Assembly (NCBI GenBank): GCA_035063585.1
Contig: JAPSGB010000050.1
Span: 1-32,808 of the forward strand
Length of the DNA: 32,808 nt
Reading direction: 5' to 3'
Source: Polyangiaceae bacterium
GTDB taxonomy: Bacteria > Myxococcota_A > Polyangia > Polyangiales > Polyangiaceae
Shown one piece after another: positions 8,318 through 16,849 of this stretch. Every line of letters starts with the position of its first letter. Within the stretch, counting starts at the first letter, position 1. The notes below the pieces were generated by a model. That model had not been told where the DNA came from. It saw only the letters and a list, made by a program, of their open reading frames with translations, and searched no databases. The position numbers and the translations under genes were made by a program.

Positions 8318-9193
8318 CTACCGCTGGCAGCGCGGGCAGAAGCACGACGAGCGGGCGTTCAGGACGAGCTGGCGGAGGGTCGCGCCGCAGCGCTCGCAGG
8401 GCTCGCCGCCGCGCGCGTAGACCCGACGCTCGAGCTGGTAGGCGCCGTCCGCGCCGTCGGGCTGCACGTAGTCGCTGATGCTCGAGCCGCCCGCGTCGAT
8501 GGCGCGAGCCAGCACCTCGCGAATCGCTCGGGTGAGCGCGCCCGCCTCGGCGCGAGTCAGCCGCCCGGCGCGCCGGGTCGGGCGCACGCCGGCGAGGAAG
8601 AGCGCCTCGTCCGCGTAGATGTTGCCGACCCCGGCGAGCACCGCCTGATCGAGGAGCAGCGACTTCATCGCGACCCGGCGCCCGCGCGTCTTCGCGAAGA
8701 GGAGCGCGTCGTCGAGCGCGAGCGCGTCGGGGCCGAGCCGCTCGAGCCGTGGCTCGCGCTCGCCCGCCGCGAGCCAGCGCACGCGCCCGAACCTCCGCGC
8801 GTCGCGGAAGAACACCGCCGGCCCCGGACCGTCGAGCTCGAGGCGGAGGTGCGTGTGACGATCGGGGGTGAAGGGAGCAGGTCGGCCCGGCGCGGAATCG
8901 TCCGGGAGCGCCGCCCGCGTGAGCCGCGCGCTCTTCGCGTCGGCCGTCACGAGCTGCCCGGTCATACCGAGGTGCAGCATCAGCCGACTCCCGTCGTCGA
9001 GGTCGAGCAGCAGATACTTTCCGTGGCGGGCGAGCGCGGTGACGCGCCGCCCGGTGAGGCGCGCCGCGAGCACCCGGGGCGGCGTCAGGAAGCAGCCGCT
9101 CGGTCGCGAGGTCGTGACGCGCACGATGGTACGACCGAGCAGCGCCGGCGTGAGCCGCCGCCGCGTGACCTCGACCTCGGGGAGCTCCGGCAA
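8318..9193 (-). CDS. mutM: Formamidopyrimidine-DNA glycosylase
   Basis: MPELPEVE N-terminus, HLGMTG, GVGNIYADEALF and a C-terminal CxxC...CxxCQ zinc finger. TTG start. Confidence 0.96.
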   Translation of the reverse strand: MPELPEVEVTRRRLTPALLGRTIVRVTTSRPSGCFLTPPRVLAARLTGRRVTALARHGKYLLLDLDDGSRLMLHLGMTGQLVTADAKSARLTRAALPDDSAPGRPAPFTPDRHTHLRLELDGPGPAVFFRDARRFGRVRWLAAGEREPRLERLGPDALALDDALLFAKTRGRRVAMKSLLLDQAVLAGVGNIYADEALFLAGVRPTRRAGRLTRAEAGALTRAIREVLARAIDAGGSSISDYVQPDGADGAYQLERRVYARGGEPCERCGATLRQLVLNARSSCFCPRCQR

Positions 9194-9202
9194 CGCTCCG
9201 CC

Positions 9203-10513
9203 TCAGCCGGGCGACGGCGTGGGCGCCGGCTCGTTCGCCGGCACACCCGCCGAGCCCACGACCTCCGGCGACTTTGGGGTGGGCTTCGCAGCCTCGCCGT
9301 CCGGCTTCCGCGTGATGAAGAAGAAATCGCGCACCGACGCGCGGCGCAGGTACTCGCCCTTGTCGAACTCGAAGCCCTCGGCGAGCGGCGTCGCCTCGAG
9401 CACGCCCTCGGCGTTCGGCTCGTAGACCACGAACTTCGGGAACGACCAGTTCACGTCGAGCTGCGCCACCGTGCTTGCGCCGGCAAAATGCATCGCGTCG
9501 GCGAGCGCGCGCGCGGTGGTGTGGTTGGTGATCGAGACGAAGAGCGTCTCGCCGGCTGCGTCGATGCCGATGGCCGAGCGCCGGATGATCGTGTCGCCGT
9601 CCACCGTCGCGCCCCAGGCGGCCGTCTCCTGCTGGTTCAAGAGGGCGTGCATGGTGCCGTTCTCGTACATGCAGCGCGGCGTCTGCCGCCACCAGGCGAG
9701 GTCGTCCTTCGAGTCGGCGAGCGCGTCCCAGCTCGCGATGCGGACGCGCCCGTCTCGGGTCCGCGCGACCGTGCAGCTCGTCTTGCGCGGTGGGATGAGG
9801 GTGATCCCGCCCACGCCCATGCCGTAGTGGCCGTGCTCGGTCTTCCAGCCGCCGTTGAAGGCCGCGAGCAGGCGTGGCTCGGCCGATGCGGGGATGCGAC
9901 CCGGCCGCTCGAGCTTGGTCGACTCCGGCGTCTCCCCCTTCGGCTCGCGGGTGCCGGGCATCATCTCGAGGTCCGTTCGGCGGAGATCGACGGCGACCAC
10001 GAAGACCTCGGCCCAGGAGCGGTTTCGGTCGGGATGCAGGAGCGTCTTATAGAGTCGCGGCGAGTCCTCCGGGTGCCGCGCGTCCGCGAGCGGCACCCAG
10101 AGCCCATCACCGGGCGCCGACCAGGACTTCAGCGCCGGCCCGACGTCACGCGGGCGGAAGGGCGGCAGGGCCGGCGCGTCGTCGGCTTTCGCGGTCGCCG
10201 CTCCGGCGGCGGACGCCGAGGGCGCTGGCTCGGGGACGCTCCAGTGAGCTCGAGGCTTCTCGTCCTTGCGCCAGAAGCGGTTCCAGCGGTCCTGCGCGGC
10301 GTAGCTCGCGTCCTCGAGCTTCGCGACCGCCTCCGTGCCAAGCAGCGCGCGCGCCGTGTCGGCGAGCAGCGGCCCGACCCACGGGATGCGGTTCGCGGCC
10401 ACGAAGAGCCCGATGAGGAGCACGGGGCCGCCCACGAGGACGCTGAGGAGCGCGCGCCGAAGCCGGCGCTTGCGGGGGGTTCCCCGCCCGGAAGCCTGGA
10501 TCTTTGCGCCCAT
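9203..10513 (-). CDS. Membrane-anchored protein, probable phosphodiester glycosidase (NAGPA-like) family
   Basis: N-terminal TM, AAFNGGW, RRSAIGID and AQLDVN resemble the family NGGF / RSAIG / LDGG motifs. Confidence 0.6.
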   Translation of the reverse strand: MGAKIQASGRGTPRKRRLRRALLSVLVGGPVLLIGLFVAANRIPWVGPLLADTARALLGTEAVAKLEDASYAAQDRWNRFWRKDEKPRAHWSVPEPAPSASAAGAATAKADDAPALPPFRPRDVGPALKSWSAPGDGLWVPLADARHPEDSPRLYKTLLHPDRNRSWAEVFVVAVDLRRTDLEMMPGTREPKGETPESTKLERPGRIPASAEPRLLAAFNGGWKTEHGHYGMGVGGITLIPPRKTSCTVARTRDGRVRIASWDALADSKDDLAWWRQTPRCMYENGTMHALLNQQETAAWGATVDGDTIIRRSAIGIDAAGETLFVSITNHTTARALADAMHFAGASTVAQLDVNWSFPKFVVYEPNAEGVLEATPLAEGFEFDKGEYLRRASVRDFFFITRKPDGEAAKPTPKSPEVVGSAGVPANEPAPTPSPG

Positions 10514-10622
10514 CGGCGGAAAGATAGTAGACCCGAACCCGTGCTCGCGCCCGTTTCTGGCGCAAAGCGCGCCGGTCCCGAGTTGCCTCGGCGGGCCGCG
10601 TCAGGGTACGAGCCAGACGACG

Positions 10623-13600
10623 GTGTCGCGCCGCAAGAGCACTCGATTCCAAGCCCGAGCGCTCGCGACGCTCGGTTGCATCGTCGCGCTCATGGCGGGC
10701 GCGACGCGGGCCCGCGCGCAGTCCCCGGAGTCGTCGCCCACGCTGCCGAGTCTCGGGAGCCCGCCCGCGCTCGGCGCGCTCGCCGGCCGCCGGGTGACCC
10801 GGGTCGAGGTGATCACCGTGGGCGAGCGCTGGAGCGCGCCGGTGACGCTGACGCGCGCGCGCGCCGGCGACGTGCTCGGCCTCGAGCTCGTGCACCGGGC
10901 CATGCGCGAGCTCACCGACAGCGGCCGCTACGCGAGCGTGTCGGCGAGCGCCGAGGCCGAGGCTGACGGCGTCGCGCTGAGGTTCGAGGTCCTGCCGCGG
11001 CGCATCATCGCCAGCGTGCGCCTGAGCGGCGCCGAGCTCGACGCCGACGACACGCTCCGCGCGGCGGCGGTTCGTGAGGGGGGCGAGGTGACCGCGCCCG
11101 AGCTCCGCCGCATCGCCGAGCGAGTGCGCCGCTACCTCGTCCGCCACGGGTTTCCCTCGGCCACGGTGGGCGCGGACACCATCGACACCGATGATCCGAT
11201 GGGCGTCGTGCTGGTGCTCGACGTCCGCGCCGGCCCACCGCTCGAGATCGTGAAGCGCACCTTCGCGGTGTCTCCCTATCCACCGCGCCCCGAGCTCACA
11301 CACGCGCTCGACGGCTACCATCCGTCGATTGGTGATCGCGCCGACCAGGACCAGCTCGACGCCGCCGATCGCGAGCTCGAGCGCGCCCTCGAGACGAACG
11401 GGTTCCATCGCGCGACCGTCGAACACCGCGTCGAGCCCGCGGCCTCCGGCGCGCGGCTGGTGGTCACGGTGCGTGCCGGGCCGCTCATCCGGGTCCGCTT
11501 CGAGGGCAACCGCCACTTCGACGCGTCCCAGCTCGAGCCCGCCCTCGAGCTCGCCCAGCGTGATGACCGCGCGCCTGCGGCGCTCACGGGCCGCTTGCGT
11601 GATTTCTACGCCAAGCGCGGCTTCCTCGACGTCGAGATCATGGCTCGCGAGCTGGGCGCGCCGGAGGCGCCCATCCACGATCTCGTCTTCACGATCCGCG
11701 AGCATGCGCCGGTCCGGGTGACCCGTCGCGAGTACCCGTGCCTCACCGGCGAGCGTGCGCCGTCGGAGGTAGGGAGCGAAATCGACAGCTTCCTCTCCGA
11801 GGAGCTCCCGGGCGCGGACATCCTGTCGCCGGTCGATCCTCGCGTGGTCGACGAGACGCTCGGCCCGACCGGAACCACCGGCTCGCGTGTCGCGCCGTTC
11901 GAGCTGAGCCCCTGGAAGACCTATGTCGCGGACGTCTACGACCGCGCGATGAAGCACCTGCAGGATCTCTATCGCTCGGAGGGCTACCTCTCCGCCACGG
12001 TCGGGCCGGCGCAGCTCCTGCGCCGCCGCTGCGCGCTCCGCTCGCAGCCCGGGCGCTGCGAGCCGGTGGGGCCGCAGATTCGCCCGCCGACGACCTGCCG
12101 CTACGACGAGCTCGGCTTGCCCCTCGACGAGCCGCCGCCCGACGCGACCCGCGCTTGCGTACCCGATCCGGTGAAGGGGGTGCGGTGCGAGCCCAACGTG
12201 GTGCTCCACATCCCGATCAAGCTCGGGCCGCGCACGCTCCTCTACGACGTCGCGTTCGAGGGCAACCAGGCCCTGTTCGAGCAAGAGCTCGAGGAGGTCG
12301 CCGACATCGAGCTCGGCGCCCCGGCCTCGCAGGTCGAGCTCGATAACGCTCGCCGTCGGGTGCTCGACGCCTACGCCGAGCGCGGCTTCGCGTTCGCCGA
12401 GGTCGACGCGAGCCTCGATTTCTCTCCCGACCGCACCCGCGCCCGGGCTCGCTTCACCGTGAGCGAGCGAGAGCGGGTGATGGTGAGCCGGATCATCGTT
12501 CGCGGCGCGCGACGCACCAGCGAGAGCCTGATCCGCAGTCGAGTGGCGCTCGAGGTCGGCGCGCCCTACCGGCGGAGCGACGTCCGCAAGACCGAGGAGC
12601 GGCTGGCCACGCTCGGTGTGTTCTCGAGCGTCACGGTCGGCTTCGAGGACCCCTACGTGCCGGCACGGGAGAAGGAGGTCGTCATCACGGTGCAGGAGCG
12701 CCTGCCCCAGTACCTCGACATCCGACCCGGCTTCAGCACCGGTGAGGGCGTCCGCATCAGCTTCGAGTACGGCCACCGGAACCTCGGCGGCAACGCCATC
12801 GCGCTCACCTTGAGGAGTCAGCTCGGGTACTTGCCGAACGCCTTCATCCTGGAGGGCGACGTGCGGCAGAAATACGAGGCCCTCGATACCGGCGAGCGGC
12901 TCGAACGCCGCAACACGTTGCAGCTCGAGTTCCCGAACGTCGGGCTAGGCCCGCTATTTCGTTTGAGCCTCGAGGGGGTCGACGTCCGCGACAATGCGCG
13001 CGACTACGGCCTCACCAAGGACGCCGGCATCGTCACCATGATCTACCGGCCGACGCGGCAGTTCTCCGCTCAGATCGGGGGGACGCTCGAACGTAACGAC
13101 GCGACCATCTTCGGCGACACCGAGAAATCCGCGCTCACCCAGTTCGTGCGCGACAACCCGAGCCTTCGGAACGTCTTTCGCGTCCCTCAAGGCACGACCT
13201 TCGCGATAGCGGAGGGCGCGGGCTTCATCTGGGATCGCCGCGACAACCCGTTCGGCGCTACCCGGGGGACCCTGCTCGCGGCGGGTGTCGAGCACGTCCA
13301 CGCCGATCCGGTCGGCGAGACGCGGGTCATCGCCACCGATCCGAACAACCCCTTCGGCGCGGCGACCAGCGAGTTTCTCCGCTTCACGGGCCGCGCGGGC
13401 GGCTACGTCCGGCTGAGCGAGAAGGGCCTCGCGCTCGCGGTGAGCTTCCGCACCGGATATAACCGGCAGCTCTTGAAGTCCTGCCGCGATCCGGACGCGA
13501 CGCTCGGGCTCGGTCAGTGTTCGCTCACCTACCCCGACCGGCTGTTCTTCCTCGGCGGCGTCGACTCCCTCCGCGGGTTCCTGCAGGACTCGCTCATCCC

Positions 13601-13973
13601 CGAGGACGTAGCCGAAGAGCTCCTCCACCCGACCGATCCCGCCGCGCCCCTCACGGTGAACGAGATCGTGATCCGCGGCGGGGACGTCTTCATCAATCCG
13701 CGGCTCGAGCTGCGGGTGCCGCTCACCTCCGCGGTCTCGACCGCGCTCTTCCTCGACACCGGAAACCTCTGGCAAGACCCTTCGAAGATCGATCCGTTCC
13801 GCCTGCGCTACGCGCTCGGGAGCGGGCTCCGCATCGGCACCCCCATCGGCCCGCTCGCCTTCGACTACGGCTTCAACCTCGAGCGCGTGCTCGACGACGT
13901 CTTCCCGGCCCGAAAGAACCAGCGCTACTGGGAGGACCTCGGCGCGTTCCACTTCAGCATCGGGCTGTTCTGA
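10623..13973 (+). CDS. Omp85/BamA-TamA family outer membrane protein with multiple POTRA domains
   Basis: POTRA patterns (VRFEGNRHF, FYAKRGF, VAFEGNQ, YAERGF), RLFFLGGVDSLRGF loop motif, TPIGPLAFDYG and the C-terminal FHFSIGLF beta-signal. Start GTG 10623 is inferred. Confidence 0.9.
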   Translation: MSRRKSTRFQARALATLGCIVALMAGATRARAQSPESSPTLPSLGSPPALGALAGRRVTRVEVITVGERWSAPVTLTRARAGDVLGLELVHRAMRELTDSGRYASVSASAEAEADGVALRFEVLPRRIIASVRLSGAELDADDTLRAAAVREGGEVTAPELRRIAERVRRYLVRHGFPSATVGADTIDTDDPMGVVLVLDVRAGPPLEIVKRTFAVSPYPPRPELTHALDGYHPSIGDRADQDQLDAADRELERALETNGFHRATVEHRVEPAASGARLVVTVRAGPLIRVRFEGNRHFDASQLEPALELAQRDDRAPAALTGRLRDFYAKRGFLDVEIMARELGAPEAPIHDLVFTIREHAPVRVTRREYPCLTGERAPSEVGSEIDSFLSEELPGADILSPVDPRVVDETLGPTGTTGSRVAPFELSPWKTYVADVYDRAMKHLQDLYRSEGYLSATVGPAQLLRRRCALRSQPGRCEPVGPQIRPPTTCRYDELGLPLDEPPPDATRACVPDPVKGVRCEPNVVLHIPIKLGPRTLLYDVAFEGNQALFEQELEEVADIELGAPASQVELDNARRRVLDAYAERGFAFAEVDASLDFSPDRTRARARFTVSERERVMVSRIIVRGARRTSESLIRSRVALEVGAPYRRSDVRKTEERLATLGVFSSVTVGFEDPYVPAREKEVVITVQERLPQYLDIRPGFSTGEGVRISFEYGHRNLGGNAIALTLRSQLGYLPNAFILEGDVRQKYEALDTGERLERRNTLQLEFPNVGLGPLFRLSLEGVDVRDNARDYGLTKDAGIVTMIYRPTRQFSAQIGGTLERNDATIFGDTEKSALTQFVRDNPSLRNVFRVPQGTTFAIAEGAGFIWDRRDNPFGATRGTLLAAGVEHVHADPVGETRVIATDPNNPFGAATSEFLRFTGRAGGYVRLSEKGLALAVSFRTGYNRQLLKSCRDPDATLGLGQCSLTYPDRLFFLGGVDSLRGFLQDSLIPEDVAEELLHPTDPAAPLTVNEIVIRGGDVFINPRLELRVPLTSAVSTALFLDTGNLWQDPSKIDPFRLRYALGSGLRIGTPIGPLAFDYGFNLERVLDDVFPARKNQRYWEDLGAFHFSIGLF

Positions 13974-14037
13974 GGGCTGGGACCGGGCTACCATGCGTGC
14001 CCCCGGCGCGCGCCGGCTCTCTCTCCAGGAGGACTAG

Positions 14038-14901
14038 ATGGTCGATCTCCCCGCCGGGCTCGCCCGGATCCCGCTCTTCGAGGGCGTCACCGACGCCCAC
14101 CTCGCGGAGCTCTGCGCGGTGCTCGAGCGCCGCGCCCTGGCCGAGGGCGAGCAGCTCTTCTCGGCGGGAGAGATCCCGGAGCGGTTCCACGTGCTCGTCG
14201 AGGGGGAGCTCGAGCTCGGTGACGGCGGCGGGGTCCAGATCCGCCTCCGCCCGCCCGCGCCGGTCGGCGAGCTCGCCGCGCTGGTCGGGATGCCGCGCAC
14301 CATGACCGCGGTCGCTGGCCCCGGCTGCGTGGTGCTCGAGCTCGAGATCGCGCGCCTGATGCAATTCTTCGAGGAGCACGGCGACATCGGCTTCCCGGTC
14401 CACCACAACCTGTTGCGATTGGTGGCCGACAAGCTCCGGCGCGACCAGCGCCGCCTCGACGAGATGCGCGAGAACCTCATCACCACCCAGAAGGCCATGA
14501 AGCGCATGCGCGAAGCGCTCCTCGAGAGCGAGGATACGCCGCTGCACGGCTCGCTCTTCGAGGAGCTCGACAGCCTCATCGAGCAAAATAAGAAGGGGCA
14601 TTACCTGGTCGAGCCGACCCGCGCGCTGCCGGCTCGGGCGCGCGCCGATGACGGCGCCGAGGTCGAGGTGCTCGCGCTATCGAACGAATGGCTCCATCTC
14701 GCCCCGCACCCCGGGCCTCGCGCGGGGGGCGAGTGGAGCGCGGTGCTCGTGCTCGGCGACACCGAGCTGGTCGTGAGCGGCAAGGTCGAGGAGAACTCTC
14801 CGGAGCGCGTCATCGTGGATCTCGACCCCCTCATCGACGAGCTCGCCGGGCAGCTCGAGGCGCACCTCACTCGCCTTCAGATGCTCGACGTCGTCGTGTG
14901 A
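14038..14901 (+). CDS. Cyclic-nucleotide-binding domain protein with a coiled coil and a C-terminal beta domain
   Basis: IPLFEGV, GEQLFSAGE, VLVEGEL and VGELAALVGMPRTMT cNMP motifs. AGGAGG ribosome-binding site upstream. Confidence 0.85.
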   Translation: MVDLPAGLARIPLFEGVTDAHLAELCAVLERRALAEGEQLFSAGEIPERFHVLVEGELELGDGGGVQIRLRPPAPVGELAALVGMPRTMTAVAGPGCVVLELEIARLMQFFEEHGDIGFPVHHNLLRLVADKLRRDQRRLDEMRENLITTQKAMKRMREALLESEDTPLHGSLFEELDSLIEQNKKGHYLVEPTRALPARARADDGAEVEVLALSNEWLHLAPHPGPRAGGEWSAVLVLGDTELVVSGKVEENSPERVIVDLDPLIDELAGQLEAHLTRLQMLDVVV

Positions 14902-14909
14902 CCGGCCCG

Positions 14910-14950
14910 GGTGCTGGTCCGGCGCGGCCGGCGCCCGGCGCGGCGCTCGA
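14910..14950 (+). repeat. REP-like intergenic repeat, copy C
   Basis: GGTGCTGGTCCGGCGCGGCCGGCGCCCGGCGCGGCGCTCGA matches 23209-23249 with 2 substitutions and 1 indel. Lies 8 nt after the stop at 14901. Confidence 0.7.
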
Positions 14951-15037
14951 GCGCGGAGTGCTCGGCGTGGTGACGCTGGCGGGGCGCGAGCCGCTGCCCT
15001 AAGTAGACGCGCGCCCGAGCGAGCCTGCCCTTTTCGT

Positions 15038-16849
15038 ATGTCCCACCGCGAAGACCCTCCCGAGAGCGACATCCCGGTCGGACTCTGGGCTCAGGTCCGC
15101 CGCCACTCTCCGCGCTACCTCGCGGGCTTGGTGCTGCTCGGGCTATACCAGTACGCTCAGGCCTGGTTCGACACCCGAATGCGGATCGCCATCGACGCGG
15201 CGACCGCCGGCCGCACCGCGCTCGCGATGGAGCTCGGCGCGCTCCTCGTGGGGGTCGCGCTCGCCGCGTTCGTGGTCCGAGTGTTGTCGCGGCTCGCGAT
15301 GTTCAACGCGGGACGGATCGGCGAGTACGAGCTCCGAAAGGCGCTGCTCCAGCATCTGCAGCGGTTGGGCCCCTCGTTTTATCGGCGCGTGAGCGTGGGC
15401 GAAATCATGAGCCGCGCCACCAATGATCTCACCCAGGTGCGCCTCCTGCTCGGCTTCGGGGTGCTGAACACGGTCAACACGCTCTTCGCGCTTCCGAGCG
15501 CCCTCTACGTGACGCTCGGGCTCTCGGTCAAGCTGACCCTGGCCTCGCTCGCGCCGCTCCCGCTGCTCATGCTCGTGACGCGGACCTTCTCGAAGCAGAT
15601 GTACGTTCGCACTCGGGACAACCAGGACGCCATCGGGGAGCTCAGCGCGCGCGTCCAGTCGAGCATCGCCGGGGTGCGTGTGGTCCGCTCCTTCGCGCTC
15701 GAGGCGGACGAGCTCGGAGCGTTCGAGCGCGTCAACCAGCGCTATCTCGACAAGAGCCTCGCGCTCGCTCGGCTCCGGGGCTCCATGGGGCCGGTGATGC
15801 AGGCGATCAGCGCGCTCGGGATCCTGGTGGTGTTCTGGTACGGCGGCTACCTGATGCTCGACGGCGAGCTCACCGAGGGCGGTTTCCTGGCTTTCTACCG
15901 CGCGCTCGCGCGGCTCACTTGGCCGCTCATCGCGCTCGGCTTCCTGGTGGCGATGGTGCAGCGCGGCCGCGCCTCCTACGCGCGGTTGAAGGAGCTCTTC
16001 GACGCGCCGCCGGACATCGTCGACGGTCCGCTCCCGGCGCCCGCGACGCTCACCGGGCGACTCGAGGTCCGCGGGCTCTCCTTCTTCCATGGCGAGCGAA
16101 AGGTGCTCGACCAGGTCGACCTCGAGCTGCCGCCGGGCGGCTCGCTCGCGGTGGTCGGCCCCACCGGCTCGGGGAAATCCACGCTCGCCGTGCTCCTCCC
16201 CCGCCTCCAACCGACTCCCCCCGGCACGGTGTTCCTCGACGGCGTGGACATCTGCGAGCTGCCGCTGTCGGTGGTGCGCGGCACCATCGGCTACGCCCAG
16301 CAGACGCCGTTCCTCTTCTCGACCACCGTCGGGCGAAACATCGGCTACGTGCTCGACGACCCCGACGCGGCGTCGAGCCTCGAGACCATCCGGGAGGCGG
16401 CGCGAGAGGCGCGCATCCTCGACGAGGTCCGGGCCCTGCCCGACGGCTTCGACACGGTGGTCGGTGAGCGCGGAGTGCAGCTCTCGGGAGGGCAAAAGCA
16501 ACGGGTCGCGCTGGCCCGCGCGTTCGTCTCCGAGCCGCGCATCCTGGTCCTCGACGACCCCTTGAGCGCGGTCGACGCCCGCACCGAGCGGGGTATCCTC
16601 GACGCCATCGACCGCCAGCGCGCCCGGCGCGGCGTCATCCTGATCACGCACCGCGTGGCCGCCGCCGCGCACTGCGACCGGATCGTGGTCCTCGACGACG
16701 GGCGGGTGGTCGAAGCGGGCACCCACGACGAGCTGCTCGCGCGCGGCGGAATTTACGCCGGGTTCGCCGAGCAGCAGCGCATCGAGAGCGAGCTCGATCG
16801 GCTCGCTCTCGAAGAGGTCTCGGGGCGCGTCGAGGCGGTGCCTACGTGA
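15038..16849 (+). CDS. ABC exporter half-transporter (TMD+NBD), MdlA/YheI-like
   Basis: TM domain, GPTGSGKS, LSGGQKQR and Walker B LVLDD (Asp in place of Glu, the degenerate site). Confidence 0.92.
   Translation: MSHREDPPESDIPVGLWAQVRRHSPRYLAGLVLLGLYQYAQAWFDTRMRIAIDAATAGRTALAMELGALLVGVALAAFVVRVLSRLAMFNAGRIGEYELRKALLQHLQRLGPSFYRRVSVGEIMSRATNDLTQVRLLLGFGVLNTVNTLFALPSALYVTLGLSVKLTLASLAPLPLLMLVTRTFSKQMYVRTRDNQDAIGELSARVQSSIAGVRVVRSFALEADELGAFERVNQRYLDKSLALARLRGSMGPVMQAISALGILVVFWYGGYLMLDGELTEGGFLAFYRALARLTWPLIALGFLVAMVQRGRASYARLKELFDAPPDIVDGPLPAPATLTGRLEVRGLSFFHGERKVLDQVDLELPPGGSLAVVGPTGSGKSTLAVLLPRLQPTPPGTVFLDGVDICELPLSVVRGTIGYAQQTPFLFSTTVGRNIGYVLDDPDAASSLETIREAAREARILDEVRALPDGFDTVVGERGVQLSGGQKQRVALARAFVSEPRILVLDDPLSAVDARTERGILDAIDRQRARRGVILITHRVAAAAHCDRIVVLDDGRVVEAGTHDELLARGGIYAGFAEQQRIESELDRLALEEVSGRVEAVPT

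Noticed and set aside
7626..9692. 688-aa ORF suggesting an RpiA fusion
   Set aside because: The N-terminal extension is Arg-rich off-frame read-through of mutM. RpiA starts at 8303.
10146..12776. Long antisense ORFs (also 15143-16903, 16753-18615, 26442-28199 and others)
   Set aside because: These are typical stop-poor shadow frames of high-GC genes, with no recognisable motifs.
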